Source of the DNA: a virus
Direction: 5' to 3' (one strand)
IMG/VR virus record: IMGVR_UViG_3300045988_149468
Location: 32,001 to 96,000 of that record
Length of the DNA: 64,000 nt
Shown one piece after another: positions 1 to 10,185 of the stretch. Position numbers and translations under genes: made by a program. Every line of letters begins with the position of its first letter. The first letter of the stretch is position 1. A model generated the notes under the pieces. It saw only the letters and a program-made list of their open reading frames with translations, did not search any database and was not told the origin of the DNA.

Positions 1-660
1 AAATTACCACTTAATGATGAAGGTGAAATATTATGTGATTATGATGAAGCAACAGGATATCATGAAGCAGTAAAAAATGCAGTTGGAGCTGGGGATAATG
101 TTGGTGTTGGCGTAGTTACAACTCCTTATACTGTTAGTTCTGAATCATTAGGTGATAATAAAAGTAAAGAACTATCTTATACTAGCAATGTAAAAGAGAG
201 AGCTTATGATGATGCTGGTATATCATCAGAAATATTTAATGGTTCACGTTCAAATAACCTTTCTGTTCAATATGGACAAATCTCAGATTCAATTCTTCCA
301 TTAAAACTACTTCAAATGTTTGAGGTATTTTGGAATAATTACATGGAAAATGATAAAATTCTAAAAAATTACATTTTATATTTTATAGACAATAATAGAT
401 TTAATAAAGCTGATAATATTAAGTTAGCTGTAAGTTCAATAGCATTATGGGACTCACGATTGAAATATTTAGCCACACTAGGACTAGAACCTTATGAGGC
501 TTTATGTATTCTTAATCAAGAAAAACTAATGGGTATAGATGAATTTATGCCACCTATGTTATCATCACATACTGCTACATCTGAAGACTTGGATCAAGGA
601 AGACCTTCTGCAAGTGAGAGTGAGACGAGTGATACAAATCAATCTGAATCTCAAAACTAG
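1..660 (+). CDS. portal protein, C-terminal part (5' end lies outside the window)
   Basis: Frame 1 is open from base 1 to the TAG at 658-660; the ORF track shows only the part after Met 316. It sits immediately upstream of the protease/scaffold/capsid genes and has an acidic S/T/E-rich tail. The portal assignment is positional, not motif-based. Confidence 0.4.
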   Translation, partial: KLPLNDEGEILCDYDEATGYHEAVKNAVGAGDNVGVGVVTTPYTVSSESLGDNKSKELSYTSNVKERAYDDAGISSEIFNGSRSNNLSVQYGQISDSILPLKLLQMFEVFWNNYMENDKILKNYILYFIDNNRFNKADNIKLAVSSIALWDSRLKYLATLGLEPYEALCILNQEKLMGIDEFMPPMLSSHTATSEDLDQGRPSASESETSDTNQSESQN

Positions 661-672
661 GAGGGATATAAA

Positions 673-1506
673 ATGGATAAATTTTTATGTAAAGGAATGA
701 AGACAAGTAATATTGAAAAGTTTCAATCACAAGGTTGGAGAGGTACAGGTATTAGCATATTAGTACTTGATACTGGATATTCTGAACATGAATACATAAA
801 GAAAAATATAGTTGAATGTAAAAACTTTACTAATGAAATAGATTACAAAGATAATAATGGACATGGCACTTTTGTAATAGGTGAAATATTACAAGTAGCT
901 CCTAATTCTAAAATATATGTTGGTAAAGTATTAGATGACAAAGGCAATGGGTCATATGATAGCATTATTAATGGATTAAAATGGGGTATTGAATTAGGAG
1001 TGGATATTATTAATATGTCTTTAGGTGCAACTAAAGATACTAATGAATTATACATTACTGTTAAAGAAGCTATTAATAAAGGAATAAGTATTGTTTGCTC
1101 AGCTGGGAATAATGGTGATGGTAATCCTAATACAGATGAATTAGAATATCCATCTTGCTATGAAGAAGTAATTAATGTCGGTGCAATTGATCTTAATAAA
1201 AGAATAGCACCTTATTCTAATAGTAATACTTATGTTGACTTATGTGCTGTTGGAACTGATATAACATCAACATACAAAGAAGGTAATAAATGGTGTAGAT
1301 GTAGTGGAACATCTATGTCAACACCTATTGTAAGTGGATTTCTAGCATTATTGAAAGAGAAATTTATCTATCAATGGGATAGAAAACCTAGTGAAAAAGA
1401 ATTATATGCAAGATTAATCAAAAATACAGTAGAAATAAAAGGATTAAAACCTCATGAATTAGGTAATGGATTTTTATATTATACTGATACAGATGATGAT
1501 TTATAA
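673..1506 (+). CDS. subtilisin-like (peptidase S8) serine protease
   Basis: Catalytic motifs occur in canonical order: VLDTGY (Asp), NGHGTFVIG (His), SAGNNGDG (oxyanion Asn), GTSMSTPIVSG (Ser). GGAGGG SD lies 7 nt upstream. Confidence 0.85.
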   Translation: MDKFLCKGMKTSNIEKFQSQGWRGTGISILVLDTGYSEHEYIKKNIVECKNFTNEIDYKDNNGHGTFVIGEILQVAPNSKIYVGKVLDDKGNGSYDSIINGLKWGIELGVDIINMSLGATKDTNELYITVKEAINKGISIVCSAGNNGDGNPNTDELEYPSCYEEVINVGAIDLNKRIAPYSNSNTYVDLCAVGTDITSTYKEGNKWCRCSGTSMSTPIVSGFLALLKEKFIYQWDRKPSEKELYARLIKNTVEIKGLKPHELGNGFLYYTDTDDDL

Positions 1507-1701
1507 ATGGAGGAGATTGGATTGAAATTTTTATATGTTAAAGATGAAAATATTAAAGATAAATTATTAGCTAATGGATTTACAATGTTGCAATGTAAAG
1601 AACAAAATGGTAAATATTATGTATTTGCTAATAATGGTGTATTAACATTTAGTGAAAATGATAAAAAGGAAATTTTATTTAGTAATGAAATACATTTGTA
1701 A
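1507..1701 (+). CDS. hypothetical small protein
   Basis: 64-codon ORF abutting the protease stop. ATG 1507 has no SD. In-frame TTG 1522 lies about 8 nt after GGAGGAG and may be the real start. Confidence 0.4.
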   Translation: MEEIGLKFLYVKDENIKDKLLANGFTMLQCKEQNGKYYVFANNGVLTFSENDKKEILFSNEIHL

Positions 1702-1753
1702 AATTGAATATGATAATTAATAAGGGAAGCGAGGAATATAAGGAGGCTAGTAT

Positions 1754-2695
1754 ATGCAAGATACTTATGAAAGAGTACAAGCAATAAATATCGATACAGG
1801 AGAAGTATTAGGAACAACTTATATCAAAACAAATGGATCTGAAGAAATAATTCTAAAAGCCGAAAAGAAAAAGGCATTAACTCCAGAACAACAAATGTTT
1901 TTAAATAATAAAATTCAATTAAGAAAACAGTGTAAGGTGTTAGGAGGTTTTGTTCATATGATTTATGCTAAAAATGAATTATTATTTAATAAATTAGGAT
2001 TAGATAAAGCTAATATTAGCAGAATAATATATTTAGCAACTTATTCTGATTATGAACAAAAGGGATTATTAACTATAAAAGAAAGAAGTAAAGATGGAAC
2101 ATTTTCATCTAATGCACCAATGAGTAGAAAACAAATTCAAAGTGTATTAGGTCTAGGTGATACAGCTTTTAGAAAATTCTTAAATAACATGAAAGAAAAT
2201 GATGTAATGTTTGAATTGGACAAATCTTATTTTGTAAACACTAAATATTTTATCAAAGGTGAAGTTGAAGATATTGATAAAACTAAACAAAGTTATTGTA
2301 GATTATTTATAAATACAATAAGAGAGTTATATGAAGGATGTCCAACTAATAAACATAAAACTTTGGCTAATGTATATCAATTAATACCATTTGTTCATTA
2401 TTCTAATAATATGATATGCCATGATCCTGATGTATTGGAAGACAAAGCTAAACCAATGACATTAACTGAGATTGGTAAATTATTAAACATTAAAGATGGA
2501 AAAGGTCATTTGAGAAGGTTAGTAAAAGAATTAGGAAATTTTTATGTTACTGTAAATGGTAGAGAATATAAATTATTTGCTTATAATATTAATGATGATA
2601 AAGACTTTTATTTTATCAATCCATATGTTGTATACAGTGGAAATGACATTAAGAAATTACGTTGGGTAGCTGATACATATTTCTTTAGAGATTAA
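1754..2695 (+). CDS. hypothetical protein (313 aa)
   Basis: AAGGAGG SD; preceded by the leader motif at 1704-1724; no motif recognised. Confidence 0.55.
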   Translation: MQDTYERVQAINIDTGEVLGTTYIKTNGSEEIILKAEKKKALTPEQQMFLNNKIQLRKQCKVLGGFVHMIYAKNELLFNKLGLDKANISRIIYLATYSDYEQKGLLTIKERSKDGTFSSNAPMSRKQIQSVLGLGDTAFRKFLNNMKENDVMFELDKSYFVNTKYFIKGEVEDIDKTKQSYCRLFINTIRELYEGCPTNKHKTLANVYQLIPFVHYSNNMICHDPDVLEDKAKPMTLTEIGKLLNIKDGKGHLRRLVKELGNFYVTVNGREYKLFAYNINDDKDFYFINPYVVYSGNDIKKLRWVADTYFFRD

Positions 2696-2867
2696 TTTTT
2701 CGTTTATCGTTATAAATTACCTTCACTACGTTCAATCAAGTTATTCATATAAACATAGGGTGGTTAAGTTATAATAAAGTGAAAATTAAGAAGGAATATG
2801 ATAATTAATACCTCGCAAAATGGAGGGATACAAACAACAAAACGTTGCAAAATGGAGGAGAAATAAA

Positions 2868-3047
2868 ATGAAACCAATATTTATATGTTATAACAAATAT
2901 TTAAAAAGATTTTTATGTAAAAATGGTCAAATATCATGGTGTTCTGGTATTAATAAAAGTTCAAAACATCAATTTTGGATATTTATGAATAGCAAAGAAC
3001 TAAGTGATTTAATTGAACAATACAATAAAGATAAAATACAAACTTAA
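2868..3047 (+). CDS. small hypothetical protein
   Basis: ATG 2868 is preceded by GGAGGAG; the longer 2820 start has no SD. The sequence pattern resembles small phage DUF5659-type proteins. This is from memory and weak. Confidence 0.4.
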   Translation: MKPIFICYNKYLKRFLCKNGQISWCSGINKSSKHQFWIFMNSKELSDLIEQYNKDKIQT

Positions 3048-3120
3048 ATTTAGCTTATTAAGAGATTTATTTGAATCTCTTTTTATTATATACAAAATTA
3101 TGGAAAGGAGGAAACCTTCC

Positions 3121-4365
3121 TTGAAAGAAAGAGTACAAGGTAAAATTGTATCTTTTGATTTGGAAAATAACAACAGTAGATTCGTTAGATGTAAGTTAAA
3201 ATTAATGCATGATGGCGAATCAAAAAATAGAACACAATTTACCAAAGAGGTTATGATGAATTGTGTAGAAAAAACTGTTAGAAATACACCGATATTATGT
3301 CATGTTTATAAAGATGTTGATGGCAATTATAAAATAGGAAATCACGATATGGATTTTGATTTAGAAAAAAATAAAGATGGTGATTTTGAATTTACTACAA
3401 CACATTTAGAAAAACCTGTTGGGTTTATACCAGAATCAACTGAAATATTTACTGAAGAAGAAGATGGAAGAACTTATGTTTATGCTATTGGATTATTATG
3501 GAAGCATTATATGGATAAATTAGAAGATTTATTATTAGATAAAGACTGTGTGTCTAATATATCTACTGAATTACTTTGTAATGATGCTGAAATGAATGAT
3601 GACAATATATTAGATATAAGGGAATTTGAACTTATGGGAACAACAATTATAAGTGCTGAAACAGGTATGCATAATACTGTTGGTGAATTTTATTTTTCAA
3701 ATGAAGATACAATGACTGTAGAAGATATGCAATTAGCATATAGTGAAGAATTGAGAGGAGGTGAAAAGGAAAACATGGATGAAAATGTAAAAGATCAAGT
3801 AGTTGAAAATGCTATCGAAGAACAAGAACCTCAAGTTGATGATTCGTTAGAAGAAACTGTTGTTGAAAATGCCGATAAAAAAGATAAAAAAGATAAAAAA
3901 GATGAACCTGAAAAGGATGAAGAAAAAACTGAAGAAGACGACAAGAAAAAGAAAAACGAATTAGAAGAAAAATATGAAGAGTTACAAGCTCAATTTGAAA
4001 GTTTAAAACAAGAAAACATAGCACTTAATGAAAAATTAGAATCAATGAAAGATTATGATGAATTAAAAGAATTTAAATTACAATCAGATAGAGCTAAGTT
4101 TGAACAAGAAGTTGAAGAAGTTACTGCTAAATTCGGATTAGCTGAAGAAGAAATATCTGAATTAAAAGGCAAAGTTTTAAACTATGAATTAGAATTAAAA
4201 GCTTATGAAAAAGAATTAGGTTATATGTATGCTATGAAAAAATTAGCTGAAACAAAAGTTGAAAAATTTAGCAAAGAAGAAATAAAAGAAGAAATGCCAC
4301 AAATAGATAATGGTGATTCTGAAGATGAACCTTATGGTGGATTATTTAGTATATTAGATAAATAG
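3121..4365 (+). CDS. scaffolding protein (globular N-terminal domain plus acidic coiled-coil C-terminal half)
   Basis: In-frame TTG 3121 lies 9 nt after AAGGAGG; ATG 3013 and 3100 lack an SD. The C-terminal half is D/E/K-rich and heptad-like (DKKDKKDKKDEPEKDEEKTEEDDKKKK, ELEEKYEELQAQFESLKQENIALNEKLE). It sits between the portal and capsid genes. The N-terminal part (NTPILCHVY region) might be prohead-protease-like; this is unverified. Confidence 0.6.
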   Translation: MKERVQGKIVSFDLENNNSRFVRCKLKLMHDGESKNRTQFTKEVMMNCVEKTVRNTPILCHVYKDVDGNYKIGNHDMDFDLEKNKDGDFEFTTTHLEKPVGFIPESTEIFTEEEDGRTYVYAIGLLWKHYMDKLEDLLLDKDCVSNISTELLCNDAEMNDDNILDIREFELMGTTIISAETGMHNTVGEFYFSNEDTMTVEDMQLAYSEELRGGEKENMDENVKDQVVENAIEEQEPQVDDSLEETVVENADKKDKKDKKDEPEKDEEKTEEDDKKKKNELEEKYEELQAQFESLKQENIALNEKLESMKDYDELKEFKLQSDRAKFEQEVEEVTAKFGLAEEEISELKGKVLNYELELKAYEKELGYMYAMKKLAETKVEKFSKEEIKEEMPQIDNGDSEDEPYGGLFSILDK

Positions 4366-4375
4366 GAGGAATAAT

Positions 4376-4849
4376 ATGTATACAGAGTTAAATCATGTAA
4401 ATGACAAAATGGCAGTTTCAGTTAAATTAGATGTAGACTGCGAAAATGGTGGATTCGTTAAAATAAGCGGATTAGCTGACTGTAAAGTTGGTAATTTTGA
4501 TTTAGGTGGAGAAGCGTTAAAAGGTGTTGCTTTAACTGATGGTTTTGGTGATGTTTATTGCTTAATAGCTTCTGATTATCATAGATATGATGAAAGAGTA
4601 TTATCAGGCGATATACCTAAACATAAAAAAGGTGAATTAGTTAGAGGTTACTTATTAGAAAAAGGTAATAGAGTAACTATAGAAAAAGCATTAGTTGATG
4701 GAGAAGTTGCTGTTGGTGATGTATTAGTTCCTACTGCTACTGGTACTACATTAGCTAAAGCTGAAGGTACTGAAAAAAATGCAATAGCTCAAGTTATAGA
4801 AGTTAGAAAATACATGAAAAAAGATTGTTATAAAATAATGTTTATATAA
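4376..4849 (+). CDS. head decoration/cement-like protein (positional)
   Basis: 157 aa with a strong SD, between scaffold and capsid genes. This matches the lambda Nu3-D-E order and sizes. No motif evidence. Confidence 0.35.
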   Translation: MYTELNHVNDKMAVSVKLDVDCENGGFVKISGLADCKVGNFDLGGEALKGVALTDGFGDVYCLIASDYHRYDERVLSGDIPKHKKGELVRGYLLEKGNRVTIEKALVDGEVAVGDVLVPTATGTTLAKAEGTEKNAIAQVIEVRKYMKKDCYKIMFI

Positions 4850-4900
4850 TAGGAATATATAAATTAATAATAGAAAAATAGGTTAAAATAGGAGGAAATT

Positions 4901-5920
4901 ATGTTAAGAGAAAACATGACTGATTTACAAAAGACTGCTTTCGACTGTTATAACAATACTGTTATAAAATACTCAGTTGCAGAAGCAGAAGACGTGATAA
5001 GAAAGGCTATAATAAATGAAATAGGTGAACCACCTGCAAGAAAAGAAAAAATGAATAGATGGTTTGAAAAAAATAAAGTTAGATTCTATGAATTATTAGA
5101 AGAAGTTTTAGAACCATTAGTAAATTTACCAAAATTAACTGACTTAGGTGGATATATATTAGTTGAATCTTGTGACTTTGGTGATAAGAAAACTTACAAA
5201 GTTAAAAATAAAGACTTATTTAAAGTTAGTCAAATAGCAACTGGTGTTGGAATGACTGATAGACAAAGATTACATGATAGTAAACTAGACACTAAAATGA
5301 CTAGATTAGGTATCAAAATATATGAAGAAGCATTTGAATTTTTAACTGGTAGAGTTTCTTGGACTGAATTAGTTAATAAAGTAAAAGATTCTTTTGATCA
5401 TACAGTAACAATGATGGTTATACAAACTGTTTTTGATGCTTATGATGTTGTTAATACTAACTTAAAAGCTACTACAAATGCTGATGGTGTTGGTGACAAA
5501 TTAAAACAAATGATAGCTAAAGTTAAAGGTGCTACTGGTGTAGAACCAGTTGTATTAGGTACTAAATCAGCATTAGCAACTATACCTAATTCTGGTGGAA
5601 CTGATTATGTTTTAGATAATGAAGATAGAAGAAATGGTGGTTATGTAAAATTATTTGAAGGTACAAGATGTGTAGAATTAACTCAATATTATGATGTTGA
5701 AAATAATAAATTCCATATACCAGATGATTATCTAATCATAACTGTTCCAGATGCAAACGGTAAATTAGCAGTTGTTACATACGAGGGTGGAGTTACAATA
5801 TTAGATTCTAATGATACATTAGCTAGAAAAGATTATCAATTAGAAATGGAAATGGAAAGATTTGTCCATGTTGGTGTCCCAGTAGCAATGCATTTTGCAA
5901 TGATAAAAATATCTGCATAA
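4901..5920 (+). CDS. major capsid protein
   Basis: 339 aa with a strong SD (AGGAGGA), directly after the scaffold and a small protein. The size matches gpE-type coat proteins. It is followed by a leader motif plus hairpin. The assignment rests on position and size. Confidence 0.6.
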   Translation: MLRENMTDLQKTAFDCYNNTVIKYSVAEAEDVIRKAIINEIGEPPARKEKMNRWFEKNKVRFYELLEEVLEPLVNLPKLTDLGGYILVESCDFGDKKTYKVKNKDLFKVSQIATGVGMTDRQRLHDSKLDTKMTRLGIKIYEEAFEFLTGRVSWTELVNKVKDSFDHTVTMMVIQTVFDAYDVVNTNLKATTNADGVGDKLKQMIAKVKGATGVEPVVLGTKSALATIPNSGGTDYVLDNEDRRNGGYVKLFEGTRCVELTQYYDVENNKFHIPDDYLIITVPDANGKLAVVTYEGGVTILDSNDTLARKDYQLEMEMERFVHVGVPVAMHFAMIKISA

Positions 5921-5994
5921 TTTGATAAATATAATAATTAATAACAGTTCCCTTTTTATTAAGGGGACTTATATAAAATAGGAGGAGATTAATA

Positions 5995-6621
5995 ATGGCA
6001 AGAGTAAGTAAGGCTGATTTAGAAAAGAAAAAAGCAGAAGAACAAACTGAAACACAGACTAAAGAAGTTGTAGAAGAAACAAAACCAAAAACTAAAACAG
6101 TATCAAGAAGACAACAATTTAAAGAAAAGAAAATAGAACTTAGGAAACAAGCTAGTGAGATACAAGTCGAAGTATTAAATATATCCGATGGTAATGCTTA
6201 TTTTGTTAGTAGAAAAACTGGTATACCTTATTTTGATTTAAGTCCTTCTGAAGATACAGTATTAACTTTAGATGAACTTGAAGAAGTAGTAAGAGATGCT
6301 AAAGGTTTTTTCACAAAAGATGTATTAGTTATGACTGATGTTTATAATGAAAAATACAATTTAGTTGATATAATGGAATATTTAAAATTAAAAGATTACG
6401 ATAAAGCTGGATATGATTATCTTGAAGAATTTATAGTTGATAGTTCTGATGCCGAATTTAAATCTAAATTAGAAAATGAATCAAGAGAGTATGTTAAAAG
6501 AATTGCTTGTAAAGCTATATACCTTGATGCAACTGAAGAATATATACTACCTCGTAGTAAAGAAACAATTCTTTGTAATTTATTAGGATTACAATTGCTA
6601 ATAGGTGAAAATGACAGATAG
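5995..6621 (+). CDS. hypothetical head-module protein with K/E-rich N-terminus
   Basis: Strong SD AGGAGGAG; 208 aa; no motif. Confidence 0.5.
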   Translation: MARVSKADLEKKKAEEQTETQTKEVVEETKPKTKTVSRRQQFKEKKIELRKQASEIQVEVLNISDGNAYFVSRKTGIPYFDLSPSEDTVLTLDELEEVVRDAKGFFTKDVLVMTDVYNEKYNLVDIMEYLKLKDYDKAGYDYLEEFIVDSSDAEFKSKLENESREYVKRIACKAIYLDATEEYILPRSKETILCNLLGLQLLIGENDR

Positions 6622-6631
6622 GAGGTGCATT

Positions 6632-7045
6632 ATGGCAACTTCTGTTCAAGATATTTATAAACGATTTTTAGCACAAATAGGCAAAGATGTAATAGCTGAG
6701 TTAGAACAAGAATTAGCTGAAGAACTAATGTTAATTTATTTAGAAGGCGCTATTTCAATGTTTGATATTTGTGAAAAAGACTTAACAATAGAAAATAATG
6801 AGTTTAAAGAAGATTTAACATTAAATGAACAATATATATTAGCTGATGGTATGATTTTATATTGGTTAAAACCAAAAATAAATACTGAAAAAATGATAGA
6901 TTTAATAATTACAACTAGTGATTATAACATTAAATCACCTGCCAATCTATTAGACAAATTAAATACTTTATATAATGATAGTTTTTATAAATTTAGAAAT
7001 AGAATTAATCGTTATTCGTTCAAAGGGAAAAAGGTGAATGGATAA
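6632..7045 (+). CDS. putative head-tail adaptor
   Basis: ATG 6632 lies 6 nt after AGGAGGTG; the track start at 6605 lacks an SD. The stop overlaps the next start (ATAATGA). Function is positional only. Confidence 0.35.
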   Translation: MATSVQDIYKRFLAQIGKDVIAELEQELAEELMLIYLEGAISMFDICEKDLTIENNEFKEDLTLNEQYILADGMILYWLKPKINTEKMIDLIITTSDYNIKSPANLLDKLNTLYNDSFYKFRNRINRYSFKGKKVNG

Positions 7046-7478
7046 TGAGTTATTTTGAAAGATATAAAATTAGAACACAAAGAGCATTAAATTGTAAAGA
7101 ATCTTTGTTAAAAGATGCTGAATATAGATTTCAACAGGTTATGGATGAAGCATTAACCACTCATATTGTTCAATATACTAAAAATGGTGAATTTCCAGAT
7201 TTAAAAAAGAATGGAACTATTAGAGTAAATATAAATGATATTACAAACAATGATAAATCAGCTTATGATGAAAAGAAAATTTTAGTTGATAAAAATGCTG
7301 ACATGGATGTTGGTTCGTACATATGGTTTAATAATTGTTGGTGGATAGCTGTATTTAAAGAACATCAAAGTTTAAATTTATATAAGAAATTGATATTTAA
7401 AGTTTGTAATCAAATAGTGAAATATAAATTAAATGGTACAACATATGATATACCTGTTAATATACACAATATGACGCT
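7045..7478 (+). CDS. neck/tail structural protein, exon 1
   Basis: The ORF runs into a stop at 7513 inside structured, GC-richer RNA. P1 pairing places the 5' splice site after U7478. See the intron feature. Confidence 0.6.
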
Positions 7479-7806
7479 AAACTGTATGGTGTCTTGCTAT
7501 AGAAATATAGCATAGGAAAATTGGGTAAAATCGGTCATATATGTAGTGATACATATGGTAAGAAAGGCTAAATCTATTTTTTATAGACAAGCTAATACCG
7601 AGTTAATTAATTAGATTACGAAAGGCTAATTAACAATGTAGAGCGTAGAAGGTGAATAAATATAATCCTTCCAAGAGTATCCAACATCTTAACGGATAAT
7701 GCTGAAGATGAAAATGTACGCCAAACTGAGTTGGAATTAACCAACTGATGAAAATGAGAGAAATCTCCAGAGCAGTAGATAAAAAGCTACTGGATAATAA
7801 TTATTG
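7479..7806 (+). ncRNA. group I intron, ORF-less (328 nt)
   Basis: P1: exon GACGCU (7473-78) pairs with GGUGUC (7488-93), with U7478.G7488 at the splice site. P10: 3' exon AUAUAG (7807-12) pairs with CUGUAU (7482-87). P2: UGCUAUA-GAAA-UAUAGCA (7495-7512), a GNRA loop. The last base G7806 serves as omega-G. There are further hairpins (GTTGG-AATTA-ACCAAC, CAGTAG-N8-CTACTG). ATG 7820 downstream has no SD. Exons 434 + 535 nt = 969 nt = 323 codons, in frame. Confidence 0.7.
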
Positions 7807-8341
7807 ATATAGTGATGGTATGAATGATGCTAGATATATGTCTTATGGCGATAGTAAATGTAGATTTGTTATAGGTAAAAATCCAATAACTGAAAATATA
7901 AATGTTGGAGCAAGATTCTTAGTAAATCATGATGTACCTTACAGAGTTACAAATAGAGTTGATTACGAATATAACGGATATACAAATGGTAGTGACGGTA
8001 TAATGAACTTTATACTATTACAAGTACCTAGATTGCCAGATGATGATATTGAAGATAATATTGCTTATAATAATTTTGGTAAATATGTTGATGAATTATT
8101 TGTTGGTAATGATATTTGTTACATAGGTGAAGAGAATGAATATATATTTAGAACAAAACAAATGATAAGTTATCAGCTTGAAACTGATACAAAAGAAATA
8201 ACTATATCTGTTGAAAATAATATATGTACGTTGCATTGTAATTATAATATGGATCTAATAGGTAAGACAGTAAGATTAATTGTTAATAATGATGAAGGTA
8301 ATTTTATAATTGATAAACAAATTTTAATTAAGGGGGTGTAG
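7807..8341 (+). CDS. neck/tail structural protein, exon 2
   Basis: The frame is open from 7808. Joining to exon 1 gives ...NIHNMT-L-YSDGMNDARYMSYGDSK... There is no SD before Met 7820. Confidence 0.6.
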
Positions 8342-8345
8342 GATT

Positions 8346-8885
8346 GTGAGCAGTATTATAAAGAATTTTTCAAGTAATTACATGACAAAATTAGCAACAA
8401 TATTCATGTTAGATAAACAAGTTAATAAATTTTTATATTACAACAATATTTTAGATGAAGATATACTTTCACAACCAGATGTTAAAAATCCTATATCAGC
8501 CTTAAATGAAAATAAAGTATTTGTTGATAGAAAGATAGATAAAATCATCAAAGAAGGAGATATTACATTATTTATAAATGTTAAAAGTGATGCTCCTTAT
8601 TCTGATGGTGCTAGAGTTTCTTCTTTATATAACGTATTAACGATTGAAGTTGGTGTTATATGTCATAAATCATGCCGAAAAACAATAAATGGAATACGAG
8701 AATTAGTGGTAACAGATAGAATTAGACAAATCTTAACTAAAACTCCAGAATTACAAGGTATTGGTGATTTAACAATTAAAAGTTGTTCACCAATGTATAG
8801 TATTCCTTATTATGATTATAATGGTTATTCTACACAATTTGAAATAATTTATTGGAAGGATGCTTATAACAATGAAATTTCCTAA
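8346..8885 (+). CDS. hypothetical neck/tail protein
   Basis: GTG start 8 nt after AAGGGGG; 179 aa. Confidence 0.5.
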   Translation: MSSIIKNFSSNYMTKLATIFMLDKQVNKFLYYNNILDEDILSQPDVKNPISALNENKVFVDRKIDKIIKEGDITLFINVKSDAPYSDGARVSSLYNVLTIEVGVICHKSCRKTINGIRELVVTDRIRQILTKTPELQGIGDLTIKSCSPMYSIPYYDYNGYSTQFEIIYWKDAYNNEIS

Positions 8886-9621
8886 ACAATGTGTTAGTGG
8901 GAAACCAATTGATTTAAAAAAAGATGAGCTAGGAATTATAAATCAATTCGTAGTAGATGATTTTATGGATGATTATGATATAAATGAATTTATCAGACCA
9001 TTTTATATTGAACAATCAATGATGTTATATGAAGATATCAAAAATTTAAATATACCATTATTAACTTATTTATCTACTTCATTAGGAAAAAATGAAGAAT
9101 TAATAAATTTATTATTTAAATCATTAAAATTTTTATATAAAGCTTCTGAAGTTAAATTAAGTGAAATAGATGGTGAATACATAATAATTATTAAAAAAGA
9201 TGGTAAAGGTATTGCAAATATAAATGATAGAAATTTTCATTTACTTAGTGATGTTATATTTGAAATATTATATTTTGAAAAACCTAAACCAGAAGAAAAA
9301 ATAGAAGGTTCACCAGAATTAATAAAAATGGTTAGAGAAGCTGAAGAAAAATATAGAAGAAAACATTTAAAAGATAATATTATGACATTTGAAATTATGG
9401 TACACGATGTCATTCATTATAGAAACTTAGATTATCAAGCAATTAAAAATTGGACTGTATGGCAATTAAAAGATACTTTTATTACTGAAATATATAAAGA
9501 AAATAAAGAGGATTCTTATTTATTGGCTACAGGTGGTAATTATAAAGTTGATTTAAAGAAAGTTAAAGACTGGAAAAAAGAAACTAGAGTAGTACACGAT
9601 GATGTACTTAATATGAAATAG
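8872..9621 (+). CDS. hypothetical neck/tail protein
   Basis: ATG 8872 lies about 10 nt after GGAAGGA; the track start is 8860. It overlaps the preceding gene. Confidence 0.5.
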   Translation: MKFPKQCVSGKPIDLKKDELGIINQFVVDDFMDDYDINEFIRPFYIEQSMMLYEDIKNLNIPLLTYLSTSLGKNEELINLLFKSLKFLYKASEVKLSEIDGEYIIIIKKDGKGIANINDRNFHLLSDVIFEILYFEKPKPEEKIEGSPELIKMVREAEEKYRRKHLKDNIMTFEIMVHDVIHYRNLDYQAIKNWTVWQLKDTFITEIYKENKEDSYLLATGGNYKVDLKKVKDWKKETRVVHDDVLNMK

Positions 9622-9634
9622 GAGGAAATATTAC

Positions 9635-10153
9635 ATGGCTAAAACAAGTGCAGATTTATATGCAATAAAAAAATGTGTAAATGGTACACTAACTGAAATA
9701 GGTGGAGGTGCAAAATCAATAAAAGTAGATTTTTGTAATACCTTCGATATGGAAACATCTTCAGATAAAATAACAGCTAGAGCTGATGGCGTAGATGTTA
9801 TTACTTGGAATACTTCAATAGAAAGAACATTCACATTAGGTTCTGAATGTATGAGTGATGATGCTTTAGCATTATTAGTAGGTGGTACAATAGATACAGC
9901 AACAAGTAAAATAACTGTTCCTAAAGATGTACCTTCAACTTGTTATTCTTATGAAGGTACATTTACAGTAGTCTATAAAGACGGTACTGTTGGTGTTAAA
10001 ACAATGAAAATACCTAAAGTACAACCAAACGTAGACAATTCATTATCATTATCTTCAGTAGATTTATCTACATTTGAAGTACAATTTAATATATTATCTG
10101 GTGATGAAGATTTTGTATTCACAATAGAACCTAAAACTGCTGAATCAGTATAA
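9635..10153 (+). CDS. major tail protein
   Basis: 172 aa with a strong SD AGGAGGAA. It is the last gene before the chaperone pair and the tape measure, and a strong terminator hairpin follows. No sheath gene is present. The assignment is positional. Confidence 0.55.
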   Translation: MAKTSADLYAIKKCVNGTLTEIGGGAKSIKVDFCNTFDMETSSDKITARADGVDVITWNTSIERTFTLGSECMSDDALALLVGGTIDTATSKITVPKDVPSTCYSYEGTFTVVYKDGTVGVKTMKIPKVQPNVDNSLSLSSVDLSTFEVQFNILSGDEDFVFTIEPKTAESV

Positions 10154-10185
10154 AATTGAATATATTAATTAATAAGACACTTAAT

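Noticed and set aside
2820-3120. Longer N-terminal extensions given in the ORF track (2820, 3013, 6605, 10194, 15602, 32960, 47175, 56561).
   Set aside because: In each case an internal start codon sits at proper spacing from a GGAGG-type SD, while the upstream start has none. Some extensions also overlap terminators or intron RNA.
7805-7812. GATATAGT near 7805 read as the group I S/P7' element of the fifth intron.
   Set aside because: The same bases form a perfect P10 with the guide sequence and lie at or after omega-G 7806. The resemblance to the S element is probably coincidental.
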